Made by a program: the position numbers and the translations under genes. The notes below the pieces were generated by a model. The model did no database searches. It saw only the letters and a program-made list of their open reading frames with translations, and was not told where the DNA came from. A stretch of DNA of 63,965 nucleotides, counting the filler, from Choristocarpus tenellus KU-1152 (Eukaryota > Protista > Phaeophyceae), in NCBI GenBank assembly GCA_964200185.2. It is 16 parts of 16 records of this genome, joined end to end, with 100 filler letters (N's around TTAATTAATTAA, not from the genome) between each part and the next. Parts side by side here need not be neighbours in the genome. Positions count along the whole stretch, not along the records: positions 1 to 8,358 come from CAXNAD020004814.1; positions 8,459 to 11,217 come from CAXNAD020024987.1; positions 11,318 to 14,757 come from CAXNAD020020010.1; 13 more parts are not named here. One strand, 5' to 3'. Positions 1 through 13,348 of this stretch are shown in pieces (positions within the stretch are counted from its first letter, which is position 1; each line of letters starts with the position of its first letter).

Positions 1-144
1 GGAGGGGAGAGGTACAAGGCAGGAGAGTAAGCAACCCTCACAAGGTCACTCAAGAAAGGAGTGAACAAGGGAAGTGAATAAGGGGGGGTTGTAGGCTCCA
101 CTCAACAACCCGGCATTGACGTCATCAGGAAGCAATATTACAAA

Positions 145-248
145 GGGTCAAAAGTATCTGGGAGGGTGGTGGCTGTCCATTTGGGGCCAATTTTCATGTC
201 CCCGTTTTTGGGCGATTTGGTCGCATGTGTAGAATGGATAGTGTAATC
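145..248 (+). mobile_element. MITE family B, truncated copy
   Basis: GGGTCAAAAGTATCTGGGAGGGTGGTGGCTGTCCATTTGGGG matches the left end and interior of the full copies at 4554 and 61208. Confidence 0.8.
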
Positions 249-630
249 AAATAGTGCTGGCGGTTGTAGCCTCTTGACGTTGTGTTCGGGAAAGATGGGA
301 AAATATCGTCGTTTGTTTCGGTTCAGGGTCATTCTTTAGATTTAATAAATTGATTGAGGGTTTTCCTTACATAGCTGAGGAGTTTGCATTATTTGATGTT
401 TGGATCATGTGTGGTCCTTGACTGGATCTATGCTCACTTCCTTTAACAAATAACAGAGCTGTAAGTCCCAACGTGGGGTGGAGTCCTCGCAATCTATCAT
501 AAATCAGTTCCTGTGGTTGAACTGTCTATAGGTCCCAGTCATTAGGCTTCCCCTGAAATGTAGTACGGAGACGAGTCTTGGATAGACGCCTGTCAAATTT
601 TGGCATACAGGGCGTGTAGGTGGGCTCGTG

Positions 631-660
631 TTAGGGTTAGGGTCAGGGTTACGGTGAGGG
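631..660 (+). repeat. Interstitial degenerate telomere-like hexamers
   Basis: TTAGGG TTAGGG TCAGGG TTACGG TGAGGG, five units in register. Confidence 0.7.
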
Positions 661-1499
661 CAAACAGGGCTTATTGTCGAGTTTATGAAAGGGTAATCGG
701 CAAGCTTGTGTCAGGATTCTGTTTTTTGGAGGATTATCGACGTGGAATTTACGAAATAGTCTTGAATGGTTCAAATCAAGGCAAAATCTACCCTTGGAAG
801 TCGAAGCTTAGGGTAAGTGCAGAACGTTGATTTGATTTACGCAGGGTTAATAAGAAATTCTTAGTGATCGAACCCCCGTTTATAGCGTAGTAAAAATTTG
901 TTTTGAGGTGAACAAGTGTTCACCTAACCCTGTGTTATGTAGTAAAGCTGGGTTATGTACGAAATACCATTGGGCTCTGAGAATGTCGAAATAGAAAGGT
1001 GAACCCGAGTTTAGAACCAAAGCCATATTTATCTAAGCATTATTTGTAGTGTGCGAGAGTTGAAGCAATCTGTGTCCTTTTACTTCCGCTCTCATATACA
1101 TCCAGTGAGAACGAAATTCATCTACAACCTTGTCAACACTGCCTGTCTGAATGGTTCCAAATGCTTTTGGTTACATATTGCCTTGATTTGTATCTTTTGC
1201 ACAGATATCAGTAGGAGCAGTACCTAACCCTCCACCAGAGGGGAAAGAAGCAGCTACATCTGAGGTGCATGCTGCAATGGCGTGCCTCCACAAACCCCCA
1301 CTCACACAAGAGGGCTAGAATTAAGCCTCCAACTCCTGAGAAAGAAGGAGCCAAGCAACCAACCCCAGTAGAGTTAGGCGTTGCTTTTTCCAACGTGGTT
1401 GCCACAATGGCAGAATTTGATTACTCTTGCACGGAAGGCACCCTGGCAAGGCAGGTGGTCGGCAAAGGCTAGGGCTATCTGCATAAGACTGGTCAGTCT

Positions 1500-2450
1500 G
1501 GGGAGTGAAGAACCACCCTTTCCAGACCTTGAAGAACCATCCTATATGTCAGAAGTGCTCGCGGGACCTCACGCACGGTAATCGTAAGCAATCATGAAGG
1601 AGATGAAGGGACAATGAATAATAGGAATATTCATAGCGGATGTGCCGTAGGGATTGAAATCCGTCGAGACCAAGTTTGTATCTCCAAGATAAAGTGAACA
1701 GGTGAACGGATCACCAAATGGTTCAAGGCCAGGTTGATGCCACAGCGATTCACTCAACAGGAGGGTGCCGATTACTTCAATACGCTCAGTCCAGTGAATG
1801 ATAATATCAGGATAGCTCTAGTAACTGCAGCAGCTCTGTGAGGGAACTAGATTGCACTACTTCATCACCATGCAGACGGTACTGGAAGGGGCTGCAACAT
1901 CCACTCCTTTACGTTGCAGGCTCCACCAATGTGGGGATACATTATCCCACTAAAGGAGAGACAGATAACAAAGGGCTCATCGAGTATAGGAACTCGACTG
2001 GGCCAACGATCCTGTATCGAGACAGAGCGTCACAGGATACCCCTGTCTTGTTCAATGGAACGCCCGATCGCATAGAATTCAAAATTGCAAGGAGCAGTAA
2101 CTGTATCTAGCTCAGAAGCTGAATGGACGGCAATGGTGCAAGGGATAAGACACGATATGTTTATCAGGGGAATCCTTGGGGAACTCGGCATACCAAAATG
2201 GCTTGCGGCATGATATGGGGAAAACTGAGGCACAATATAGTCAGGGGCAATTATGGGGTTCAACGGAAGAACGAGCAATGGGATTGCGGAACGATCCATG
2301 AGGTAACTGATGAAGTCTGCAAGGAGGCAGCTGGTAAAAGCAGGACTAGGTGACAAGTACGAGTTCTGAGACATAACGGATGTGGCATTGAAAACTGGAG
2401 GGGTGTGGTACAAGTACCTGGGTGGAGATCCCCTAACAAACGACTCATAT
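1500..2450 (+). mobile_element. Highly degenerate DIRS-like RT/RNase H remnant
   Basis: Frameshifted fragments (IFIADVP, GSPNG, IVRGN, LMKSARRQLVKAG) loosely resemble the DIRS RT/RNase H seen more clearly at 49230-49560. Confidence 0.3.
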
Positions 2451-3149
2451 ATCCCTAACGTTAAAATAAATGAACAAAAAGCGGAGGGGGTGTTGAGAAA
2501 CTTGGCGCATGTAAAGCTCGTCCCCGAAAGGTAGTAGTTGAGTTACATGGTAAAACATACCCTGAGTCATTAATTGTCCGCTAGCCATCCCTCATCACTG
2601 ACATGTGAATGAATATTGTATTATTATATTTTTTTGCATGTTCCCACTTTGTATTGTACCGAACTAAATATACACGTAAGTATAACCTATATTATATACT
2701 TGTATCAGCACAGATGACGTAAGGTTAACACTAGCTTATCCGACAGAAGGTAGACAAGAAATCTATTCAGCTACGACAGGTTGGGAGTGTCTGGGGGAGT
2801 GAATGCTATGTGCATCAGACAAAGCAGCAGTGGGGATCTCTAGTGATGTTTCACCTCTATGCCAAGAGGAAGCTACTGATGTGACATGATCGCTCATAAA
2901 TATGCCGGCACGTATGGTCTCCTCAGGAAAAAAAACTTCTCACTTCGGCACCTTCGGATCATAGAAGCACACCATGGCCTTTGTTGGGGAGCAGGACATC
3001 TCACAGACAGAGTACAAGGACTAGATAAGAAGCAGATAGAAGACTTACTCTATAGACACTGCATTAGTAAGATGAATCTACTGTGTGAGAGTTGAAGCAA
3101 TGTTTTTCTTTTAATTACACTCTCAAGGGGAAGTGAGCAGAATAAGATG

Positions 3150-3560
3150 TGAATTACGACGTAACTGGAAGCATTCGGGACAAAGGTTCATGTCTTAGCA
3201 GGTTCTTCATTGGCAATTGATCATAGATTGAAACTCCACATGTTTCAGACGCCTTTAAATATCTTGATGATGTTTTCTGAGAAAGTTACAAGTTCTACGT
3301 TTGAGAATTCATTCTGCAAGCAACAGATGCTAGATCAAGTCCCAGCATCTTTAAGAATATCTCTCCTCTCTTTATCACATTCAGCAAAGGGGAATCGTGT
3401 GAGGCTCCCACCTCTACTCTCTTTTTCCATACTGACACAAACAGCAGTCTAAACATGCACAATTAGGTGTTGTTAAGTGTGACTACTGTTCACATAGTCA
3501 GCGTAAAGAATACGCTTTTTCTTCGTGTATAAAAGAAGATTCTGTCGAAGAAATAAACTA
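3150..3560 (-). pseudogene. Possible decayed DDE transposase fragment
   Basis: Across frameshifts the minus strand reads LYTKKKRILYADY ... LFVSVWKKRVEV ... PFAECD ... SMI ... AKT*TFVP. This order resembles the Y..Y / F..W / F..C..C / first-catalytic-D region of Sola-like eukaryotic transposases. Confidence 0.3.
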
Positions 3561-3949
3561 AGGATGACGAGACAATGTTTGTGTTCTGAAGGATAGGAGA
3601 TGTGTTTTGGTTTTAAGAACTAGAATGTGGAAGGGTTCAGAAATAGGAAGCACTGTTGAAAGCAATCTGTGATTAGTGACTTTTGATCCATAGGATATGA
3701 ATGATTTGGTGACAAGGACAACCCCCCCCCGCTTGGATGATGTTTCTCACCCCAACTTTCTACCTACTACAACATAACTGAGAAGGAATTAGTCTACATA
3801 TTTCTATATCAAACCTTTGGATTCTACACATTGTTCAACAGGCAGGCATCACACTTCACTCTCCACCCACGAATTGCCTTTCGATAGTGGCACAGATTAA
3901 GCTGGATACCAATCCCCTCTCCCTTAAGTGCTTTTCAGGCACATACATA

Positions 3950-4960
3950 GGTGCAACATGTTTCCTCAAAACATAGATCAGTCGACCAACATTGCTCGAA
4001 AACGTCCCCACAAACAAGTCAGCACTGACAAGCTGTTCCACATCCACAGGAAGAACAATTGGGTCCAGTAAGTCTGTCATGTTTTTCGGGGATCATGTAA
4101 GGACAAGGCAGCAAAGTCAAAGCGCTATAGGAGTGAAATCATGAACAAACAAGACACTACCTGTAGACCACGAGCTAATAGACTTGAACAAAAAAGGGAT
4201 CAAATATATATGTGAGAAGAGAATAACTTCGGGCTGTATGTAGGTCACGAATGTACTTCCCGCGCAGTTTTTTCCCCACTAAAATCAGGATAAATTTGCC
4301 AAGTTAGTTTAGTAATCCCATATTATCGTGCAACATAAACGCACCTGGTATTGAGTAGTGGTGGGGGTCATGTCACCTAGGCTCGAGTTCTTTGATCGCT
4401 GATGATGCGAAGACAATGTCTATTTCAGACTTGAAGTAGTTTGGAGCTAGTTCCCTAACCTTCCTTCTCCACATCCTTCTCGTCTAAGGCTAAGTATATG
4501 GCTTTAATTTCTGTATAGGCGATGGCGTCCGTCTCCCCCTACTTTCTTCCGGAGGCCCAAAATATCCGGGGGAGGTTGCGGCTGTCCATTTAGGGTCAAT
4601 TTCTTTATGTCGCAATTTTTGGGTGATTTTGTTGCATATGTCTGATGGATAATGTAACTGCACTTTTCCTTATTTTGGCCAAATTGACACCCTGGTGTAG
4701 ACCCCCCCCACCACCACCACAGATACTTTGGGTCGGCAGATTATCCTTCCAATTGCACACACAATCATGTATGCCAGTGCTGTCTCTAGGTACAACTCAG
4801 TCTCCACCAATGGTGCCTCAATTTTCTTATCCCCACGTCTGATGTGCAGACCAATCAATGGACCCTCGCGCACGCTTGGAGGTATCCTTTCCAGAGCTGA
4901 CTTAATATCTTCATAAAACCACGGTTGAAAATTGTTCCAAATATGTGAAACCAACGCCTA
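3950..4960 (-). pseudogene. Alpha-1,6-fucosyltransferase-like (GT23/FUT8-like) gene fragment disrupted by a MITE and frameshifts
   Basis: GT23 motifs in order: IGLHIRRGDKKIEA (about 4800-4860), EIKAIYLALDE (about 4480-4515), VRELAPNYF, and DVEQLVSADLFVGTFSSNVGRLIYVLR (about 3965-4045). MITE B at 4554-4734 splits the exon. Confidence 0.8.
4554..4734 (+). mobile_element. MITE family B, full-length copy (181 bp)
   Basis: Ends GGCCCAAAATATCCG ... CAGATACTTTGGGTC are imperfect inverted repeats. The interior is shared with 52618, 60891 and 61208. Confidence 0.9.
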
Positions 4961-7900
4961 CGTACAAAGGGGAAGAGGAAGCAAAGAAGTGCGAAAATAG
5001 CTATATTGTCATTGTATAGCGGAGAGGCTGAGATTACGGTTGGTACACGACTCAAAACCAGTCATACAACATAGAACAGCGTCGTAGTGATAACGGAAGG
5101 GCAAGAACCATTCATGCAAAATCACACTGGACTATTCATACTTCATAGACCCAGGCACAATGCTGATTGCTGAAGTGCTAAGAAAGCATTTTTCCAGCGA
5201 GAATCCATATGGGCAGCATATATTGCGCTGGTGCCTTAGTTAACTGTGCACCACAACTTCTTTCATTCATGCCATATATTGAAAGACAGTTACTTGTCAA
5301 CACTAGTTCCCTCGTTGTCTTACTCAACTATGACATTGTGTATCCTCAATAGCACAAGAAGAGAAAGTTATATATTTGGATGGCATTCCCTACCCCTTAG
5401 CTAGATGCAACAACTACAGCCAATATACTTCATTTTAGACCAAATTATTTCCTCCTGAAAAATAGCCCTACTTTACTACTCCAAGTTTCAAGGTCAAAGT
5501 ATCTGGGGGGGGGGGGGTCTCGGAGTGCGTTTTTGACCCTCAGTATCTTCAAGGAGTACAAACAAGGCGTGTTAGCTCTTTCAATATCACCCTTATTCCT
5601 AGTTACGTTCACATTAGGGATGAAAAATACAGAAACGAACATGCTCACATTATCTGACCGAAATACGAAATAGCAACAAATCAAGTGAATGCGAGAACCT
5701 AGTAACTTCCTCAATATGATGGGCCTCATCTGCATTGTCATGAAACACTCCGAAAAAAAAATGGCCTTTGCTTTGTAATAACTTAGGACTTGGACAACCT
5801 CATCATGTTTAACCTTCACTCCACTATTTCTAATATAAATAAATCTAGTGCATTAACAGCCTCGAAGACGAATGCTTACACAACTTCTGCGACAATATGG
5901 CAACCAACACCACATATATGACCGATTCCCCCTCGTGAATTTTCTACTCATAGTACTGCATATATTCAACATCAAACTAACCTCACGGGCTTCACAAATT
6001 CTAGGCCTCATGTGACGTTGCCACTTCCCTAAATCCACCCTGGTTGAAGCTGGATATAGGTATCCTCCCTCAAAATATCGTCCTTCAATTGCTCTGAATT
6101 TATTTTTCATTATTCGCCATATGTGTGGTACAGTTGGTGATAGTAGTATATTCTTGTCATTTAAGAAGACGAGATAAGACGGCGAGCAAGTCAACCCCTT
6201 GCACTCAAAGTCGATAATTGCATTATTGCAATTCCTACCCCTATGCACAACACTTCAGAACCAACAATCAATATATCACTTGGGAGAACACAACAAAAGT
6301 TAACTCTTCTTCAAAATCAGGTAATGTAAGCGTAGATATGTTTTGGTCTATACACAACATGGCAGAACCATCATCGTGATGCCAGTTCGAGAAAGGCTAG
6401 AACATCAACTTCATGATTCAATATTGAAAATCTATGAGGTCATTTCTTAGAGGTCTACATAATAGTCAAATCAAAATTCGCATCAGTCAGGAGAAAGCAC
6501 TAAAACCAAATACACATAACACTGTCAATCTCTGTGGCTTATGCTTTCAAGGTTTGGTCAACTTGCACTCTTCACGAAGCAGTTTTTAACAGCAAGAGGT
6601 ATCACTGGCAAAGCGGCAGAGTACAATACTTACCAAGTACATCACAGATTCATTCCACGTCATTTCTCTGGAATATCTGGCAGCAAACTAATAAGGAATA
6701 TATTCAAAGCAGGTACAATCAAGTAAACCTACGCAGTCGCTACCAACATTTCATCAACTCAATACTGAAATATGGTGGAGACTTCCTCACCGAGAGGTGT
6801 AGCCCTTTCACCCTTTGGCAGCAGAACAACAAGATCATCTTCGTAGTACAGTGCAAACACGCAGAATCAACTGGTACATTACAAGTCAAGACAAGTGTAC
6901 ACAGAATATTTGCATCATCATGAGGAATTGAGAAACTTGTCAGTCGATATTTCCATCTAGTCGCCTTTCTCTGAAAATCTGTTTTGAGCAGCGCCATTTA
7001 TTCTGAATTGAAAATATGTCCTCATTTTTTTTTTCAGCAGTTACCATATCGATATCACACATTTTATTCGAAGATGGATTGGCGTTGTAGGCGAAGTATA
7101 TCCTGGACACCCAGTGGAATTGTACATACATATTATTTTGCTATCTGACAATTTGGTAGTGTGTGAGGGAAAAAGCCAAATCAGTACCACAAGGACCCCT
7201 GAAAAAGTAGCAGCAGTCGTCGTAAGTGTGAAAGATATTTCTCCAAAATCTATTTACCACCTCCAAGTATCTGAATACCAGCTATACTACAACACTCACT
7301 TAAAGGTTGGTAATTACAATATTATGTGTACATGGCTGCTATGCCTACAACCTAGCTTATCCCTACACGAGTGGGCACACATTATGCAGCAGTAGTCACA
7401 GATCAGGCAGGTGGCTGTTGAAGCTCGCTTTGAGGCTACAATATTTCTGATTTGTATATCAACATAGATTTGACGTCGTATCTTCTCAAACCAACATCCT
7501 CAACTTTAAAGTCAACTCAACATAATATACTGATCTCAACTTACAAATCTAGGTGCCAGAACCTTTCATAGTGAACAGGCAAAAAAAATTAAGTGCTTCT
7601 AATCTAGTGTTGGGTTTGGTTTTTACCTTCCACAATTACAAAATGTCAGAGAGCACAATAATATCGGTGTTGTTCATATTTTGGAGGAGAATGAAGGATG
7701 GTATGACACTATGCAATTATCCGGACCCTGTCACCAACAGCTTTTCCTTGCGGTATCATAGTCTCTAACCCCCTGACGCATCCATCTAGAAAATGCCAGA
7801 GGGCATAATAATATATCTTAGTTCGTCGAGGAATTATTCAACTCTTTCAAGAACGTGTAAATGACCGTTAACCAGGTGGAGAGACACAATAATATATAAA

Positions 7901-8358
7901 TAGTCTAATGAAAACAGGCAGTACTGGGAAATGCCTTTCATAATGGCGCACAGTAGTCGAAGAGGAGTAGATAATTTAAACGACGACAGACTTAATGGGA
8001 GATGCGTAGAAGGTCAAGCATCTTGTCCTAATGGTTAAGAGTATGATGTTAAAGTTTCCCCCAAATCATCAAAGAGGAGAAAGGTGATAAACCCAGCAAG
8101 ATTGCTGAGTGTCTGTAGAGTGATTGATTAAAAGTAAGTGGGGCATGCAACACCCCAATAAAATCTTAAATATTTCCTTCTATATGAGAAAAATTCTCAT
8201 ACAACTAGACACTTGTAAAAGGTTCTGATAACTCAAGCACTAATTGATTGTTCCCTTACTCCATACATATTTTTACCGTGACTATCCGATAGAGTTGGAA
8301 GAGTCTAATCGAACATATGACACATACCATGAAGACCCAAAGTATCTGGTAGGGGGGG

Positions 8359-8458
8359 NNNNNNNNNNNNNNNNNNNNNNNNNNNNNNNNNNNNNNNNNN
8401 NNTTAATTAATTAANNNNNNNNNNNNNNNNNNNNNNNNNNNNNNNNNNNNNNNNNNNN
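8359..8458. other. Artificial contig linker (44N + TTAATTAATTAA + 44N), first of 15 identical copies
   Basis: Same 100-nt spacer at 8359, 11218, 14758, 18142, 27602, 30450, 33454, 37664, 42030, 46816, 49839, 52518, 55234, 58022 and 61079. The 12-mer gives stops in all six frames. A separate 10-N gap lies at 36777-36786. Confidence 0.97.
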
Positions 8459-9218
8459 CCCCCCTCATATACTTTTACCCACTTCGTCCATGGAAATACA
8501 TGTGTGTAATTAAAAATATTGAAACACTCATTTAAAATACAAAAAGGCCAAAACCTGGGTTCCTCTCTTTTGCTTGGCTCATAACTCTACAAAAAAAACG
8601 CTGTCACAACCCCCTTCCTTGCGTCATTAACGGTGTTGTTACTACTACTATGATTTAGGGTTCTTTGCGTTCAATATTTTCCTCTCCTTCCTTCGAGTTA
8701 CCTCAGATTCCTGGTTGCTGTGACAGCACAGATGCATCTGAGATTTTGGTGGCATGTGGGTGTGGTAGAATTATTTGATTGAATCAAGGTTGCCTATTGC
8801 CTCTCTTGTTGTTCTTGTTGCTTGCATGGTGAGTGGCTGATGTTTTTGTGCTCATGTTGTATCAGCACAGCCGACAGCATTGCTTTGACCTTGTGCACCC
8901 CTTCAGCGTTGCTGCTACTCAGTACAGCGATAACTACTGTAACTACTACTACAACTCCTACTGCATGCATTTGTTCATTTGTCTTGTATGGCGCATGATG
9001 ATGATGATGTCCAGATTGCATCGATGAAGAGCGTTTTTAAATAAGGAATTTTGCACCTCGACCCGACATCTCCTCCTCTCTCTCTTTCCTTCAACATCAC
9101 TCACTCTATATACTGTTTGTCATCCTTACTGTTAATACTGTTGTTGCAACCATTTCTTATTGTAGTAGTAGTAGTAGTCGTTACAATAGTAGTACATATT
9201 GGTACAGAAAACAATATA

Positions 9219-9474
9219 GAGTCAAAATAAGCGAGAGGTACCTAGACTTGGCCCGATTTGCGTTTTTAGCCTGTTTCTCAATCTTTGCGATTTACTCATA
9301 TTTCTATGGATGAATTTCTAACTTTAACCTCTAAGCATTTATATCTCTGTTGTTTGAAAAAATCTGACACAATTCACACAATATCCTATACTCATTTAAT
9401 AAAAAACCCGAAATTTGCACATATTTATCATCCTTAAAATGAACTCGGGGTACCTCTCGTTCACTTTTTGGCTC
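9219..9474 (+). mobile_element. MITE family D (256 bp, single copy here)
   Basis: Left end GAGTCAAAATAAGCGAGAGGTACC; reverse complement of right end GAGCCAAAAAGTGAACGAGAGGTACC; AT-rich non-coding interior. Confidence 0.75.
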
Positions 9475-10539
9475 ACAGGTTCACATACAACATACGGGGA
9501 TACGACAAAACAAGCAAGAACAGGAATCGTCATCACTGAGTGAGGTAGATACGACATGCCTTAGAATAATACTAAGAGAATGTACACACGCGCACAGCAC
9601 TGCGCAATAATAGGCTTCATTTCAACAATATCCCCACAAACGACAAACGATAGTATGCATGAGAAAATTCCATTTCAAGACCGTCTCGCAGAACTCTACG
9701 CCAAAAAAAAAAGTTTCTAGGAAATGTCACTTTGGGTTTCAATGAAACGACTGTGGGCGCAAAAGAACCTGCGCTAGTAGTAGTAGTCTTTGCAGAACTG
9801 GAAAACTACAACAAGCAGCAACACTACTATTATTGTTGCACTTTCTTTGTTGATGACATGACCATATTGATTGGTGTAAGATAACATAATGTTGGTTCTA
9901 CAGTATATTATTGTCATACTGAGTGTAAAGCTATGTTGTTGCGTTATCCAAGGCCTCCCCTCCCTCAACAGTACTTTGTTTGGTCCTTGTTCATACATGC
10001 CTAGGTGTGAGGGTGCTTGCGATTTTTTATGTTGCATGTGCATGAGGTAATCTTCCTATTTCTGATTGCTGACCCACCCTGTAGTATTGTCGTAGATCCT
10101 TCGACTTCCACCACACAATAGTAGTTAGATATTAGTGGTACTAGAGGTGCGAGGCGTACAGAAGTGATCATCGAGATGTGTTTTATAGTACTAGTATGAA
10201 ACATGTAGTTGGCATGGCATAAAAATATACTTCGAAGTGCTCACTACCGTTTTGTTGTACAACATCATAGATCAAACGAATATGGTAAATTTCGTTTGGA
10301 ATCCATCAAGTCGATCATCACAACGTTGCTTAGAATTCTGGTCCCTCCCATGAAGACATCTTCAAATGCCATGCATAATAGAATATCATAGTAACGATGA
10401 TGATGATGATGACGACGACGACAAATGTGTTTTAGGAAAAAGATAAATATACTTCAGGGAGTATTTGATGAGCGTTTCCAGTTCTCACTCTCGCACAAGG
10501 GCTTATGTTTGAGAACCTCAAGATGAAGTACCAGACCGA

Positions 10540-10700
10540 GCTATTCGAGAAAATATCTCGAAATATTATCCTATTGGTGACGCGAAAATTGAAACATGTC
10601 TCTGCAAACTATGTCGAGGGCAAATTGCGTGGGGATCAGGTGCAAAACATCTAGGACGGTGATACTGGTGCATTCACTTACATATGGTAGTTATGGTGTT
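10540..10700 (+). mobile_element. Possible BED zinc-finger remnant (hAT transposase N-terminus)
   Basis: KYYPIGDAKIETCLCKLCRGQIAWGSG then GDTGAF in a shifted frame; degenerate. Confidence 0.25.
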
Positions 10701-10837
10701 GTGCCCAGTAGGTACAACTACATAGTCAACTAACTGCACGATAGCGAGAATTTCTTGCTTTGGACAATTTCAAAACCCACTGACATTGAACATGCATTGA
10801 CCATGAATGAATGAATTGACAAGTACAGAAAGGCAAG

Positions 10838-11100
10838 GAGTCAAAGTATCTTAGAGGGTAGAGCTGTGTCCATTTGGGGGCCAAAATCCAATGTTGCAAT
10901 TTTGATGTAATTTTGATTATCGTGTTTGTTAGGAGATGTCAATATCCTTGTTCCGGACACACTTTTTCATGACGTATACATTTTACCTACTCCAACAAAA
11001 TTTTGGAGCAGTTGGTAAGATGTCATTAGAAACCTATGAGAATCCAAGTCACAAATGGACAAACAGGGAAAATCTCGTACCCTCCAAGTCACTTTCACTC
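10838..11100 (+). mobile_element. MITE family A
   Basis: TIRs GAGTCAAAGTATCTTAGAGGGTA ... TACCCTC--G--ACTTTCACTC; conserved interior of about 255 bp. Confidence 0.93.
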
Positions 11101-11317
11101 AGATCAATCCATAGTCACCACCTCATCGGCATGAATGTAACTCCCCCCCCCCCCCCCCCCCCCCCCCCCACCGCACCACAGCACCACACCCCTCACCAAC
11201 CACCCCCATGCCCTCTCNNNNNNNNNNNNNNNNNNNNNNNNNNNNNNNNNNNNNNNNNNNNTTAATTAATTAANNNNNNNNNNNNNNNNNNNNNNNNNNN
11301 NNNNNNNNNNNNNNNNN

Positions 11318-11359
11318 CCCAAGTGGACAGCCGCCACCCCCTCCCAGATACTTTGAGCC
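11318..11359 (-). mobile_element. MITE family B left end at a contig edge
   Basis: GGACAGCCGCCACCCCTCCCAGATACTTTGAGCC. Other B ends lie at 5491, 8334, 14702, 14858-14945, 18119, 30550, 33395, 46797, 49818, 55194, 56636-56743, 58002 and 63941. Confidence 0.85.
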
Positions 11360-11890
11360 TGTAATTACTACTCCACTTTCCCCTTCTACCTGGTATCTCA
11401 TCATTTGCTATAATTGAGTGGGTGTTTGTCCCATAATGTGATTTTCATTATGATGTTGGCTGTCAAGTCCCTGGCATATTTGGTGTTCACTAATTAATGT
11501 TTTGAGTTCTCTATTAAATCACCTTTTTACATTCGAGGTATTATCCACGGATCAACTGTTACATAATTTTTTCCATTTGGCTAGGTAATGCATCTACTAC
11601 ACGGGTACAGTGAATGGCATATTCCCTTTTCCTACCCAGGCACGGAGTAGTTCCATGTCCCTCTTCTGGTATTACTGGAGCACTGTAACCCTCTACGTCG
11701 GAGAGACTTCCCTACTCTTTCGTCCTATCTTGCGTTCCACAGTGAGGTACATGTTTGATGTCACTTACTGCAAATCCAATTTTAACTCTAGCCTGAATTC
11801 TAGTCCGACCTGTGGTGAGAGGCACTGCACTTTTGATAATACTACCAAAAATCCAACAGCTACTGCTCTAATACAGCAAATTACACTACC

Positions 11891-12028
11891 TAGTCAAAGT
11901 ATTTTAGAGGGTAGAGCCGCGTCTGTTTGGGGGCCGAAATCCAATGTTGCAATTTTGATGTAATTTTGGGTATTGTGTTTGTTAGGAAGTTTCAATATCC
12001 TTCTTCCGGACACACCTTTTCATAACGT
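11891..12028 (+). mobile_element. MITE family A, 5' half only
   Basis: TAGTCAAAGTATTTTAGAGGGTAGAGCCGCGTC through CACACCTTTTCATAACGT. Confidence 0.88.
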
Positions 12029-12089
12029 GGATAAATTGTGGGGACTTTGCTAGTCATTCAGTGAAGAGAGACATGAAGACAGAAATTTT

Positions 12090-12350
12090 GAGCAAAAGTA
12101 TCTTAGAGGGTAGAGTCGCGTCCATTTGAGGGTCAAAATCCAAGTTTGCGATTTTGATGTAATTTTGACCATCGTGTTTGTTAGGAAGTGTCAATATCCA
12201 TGCTCCGGACACACCTTTCATAACGTATACACTTTGTTTGACCTACTCCAAAACATTTTGGAGTAGGAAAATGTCATTTAAAAAAACATGGGAAGCCAAG
12301 CCTCAAATGGACAAACAGGGCAAAACTCGTACCCTCTAAGATACTTCATC
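12090..12350 (+). mobile_element. MITE family A
   Basis: Full interior, with slightly degenerate termini. Confidence 0.9.
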
Positions 12351-12750
12351 ATTTTTGCTATAATAGAGTTGAAGAGAAGGGACCTGAAATCTAATGATTG
12401 CTTCCTATTATCATTCAGACTACTTCCTTTGCTAACATCAATTTTATTGTACATATTAATAGAATGCAACTAAAAAACTCAATTCGGGGAGAAAAATATT
12501 TCTCGTACTGTACTTCAACCAATTCATGTTCATAGAGGTTTCCTCACATTTCTCACAAAATCGTGCAGTATTGAAACCCCTTCGAGGTCGCAGTTCAATT
12601 ATGAGAAGTGAGAACATTGTGGGAGGGTATTGGGTGCGAAAAGAGGTCCTAAAGTCAACCTATTTCTTTTGAGTTTGAACTCACCTCCTCCACGAAGATA
12701 AAAGCTGCCAAGTACACATTTCTACTCATTGAAGATTTGAATATGAAATT

Positions 12751-12933
12751 GGATAAGTAGTATGCAAAAGAGAACTAAAGTAGAGTATTTTGCTTTGTGC
12801 GGTATGGATTCGTTTATTAGCGGAGTGAGCACAGCCCTCGGGATAAGTAGTATGCAAAAGACAACTACTCAAGTAGAGTATTTTGCTTTGTGCGGTATGG
12901 ATTTGTTTATTAGCGGAGTGAGCACAGCCCTCG
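12751..12933. repeat. Tandem duplication, 2 units of about 90 bp
   Basis: GGATAAGTAGTATGCAAAAGA...GTGAGCACAGCCCTCG at 12751-12840 and 12841-12933. Confidence 0.92.
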
Positions 12934-13348
12934 CTCGGCTCGGTGGTGGGGGGTGCTCTCTCTTATTATCTTATTGTTTATTACATAAATCAGCTGACTC
13001 ATCAGCTGACACATCAAGACGTGTCCTGCCGTTACATCGTACTATGTCACTCATCCTTTGTAGCTAATTCTATGTCAGAACTCCTCCATTAGTTCATTTA
13101 TAACAAGCAATAAGAAATCGATCATCTGCGATTCGACCTCATTACTTTACGCATACGAACATAAGTCAATGACACTTGTTCCACTTAGCCAACATTCCTG
13201 TTGTCTAGTAGTATTCACTAAAGACGTATAAACCATATAGACTATCAGCCTATATTGCACAGGTAGAACTTCTGGTTTCATCGTTGAATGCAGTATTTTG
13301 ATATAGGAGGTGAAGAGGTCACTGCTAACAAGTGCGGGAGGTAGTTGA

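Noticed and set aside
5800-8300. Long coding-like stretch, possibly a non-LTR element
   Set aside because: No diagnostic motif could be recovered with confidence in any frame.
8403-8414. Recurrent palindrome TTAATTAATTAA as a biological site or CRISPR-like repeat
   Set aside because: Always centred in exactly 44+44 N; it is an artificial six-frame stop linker.
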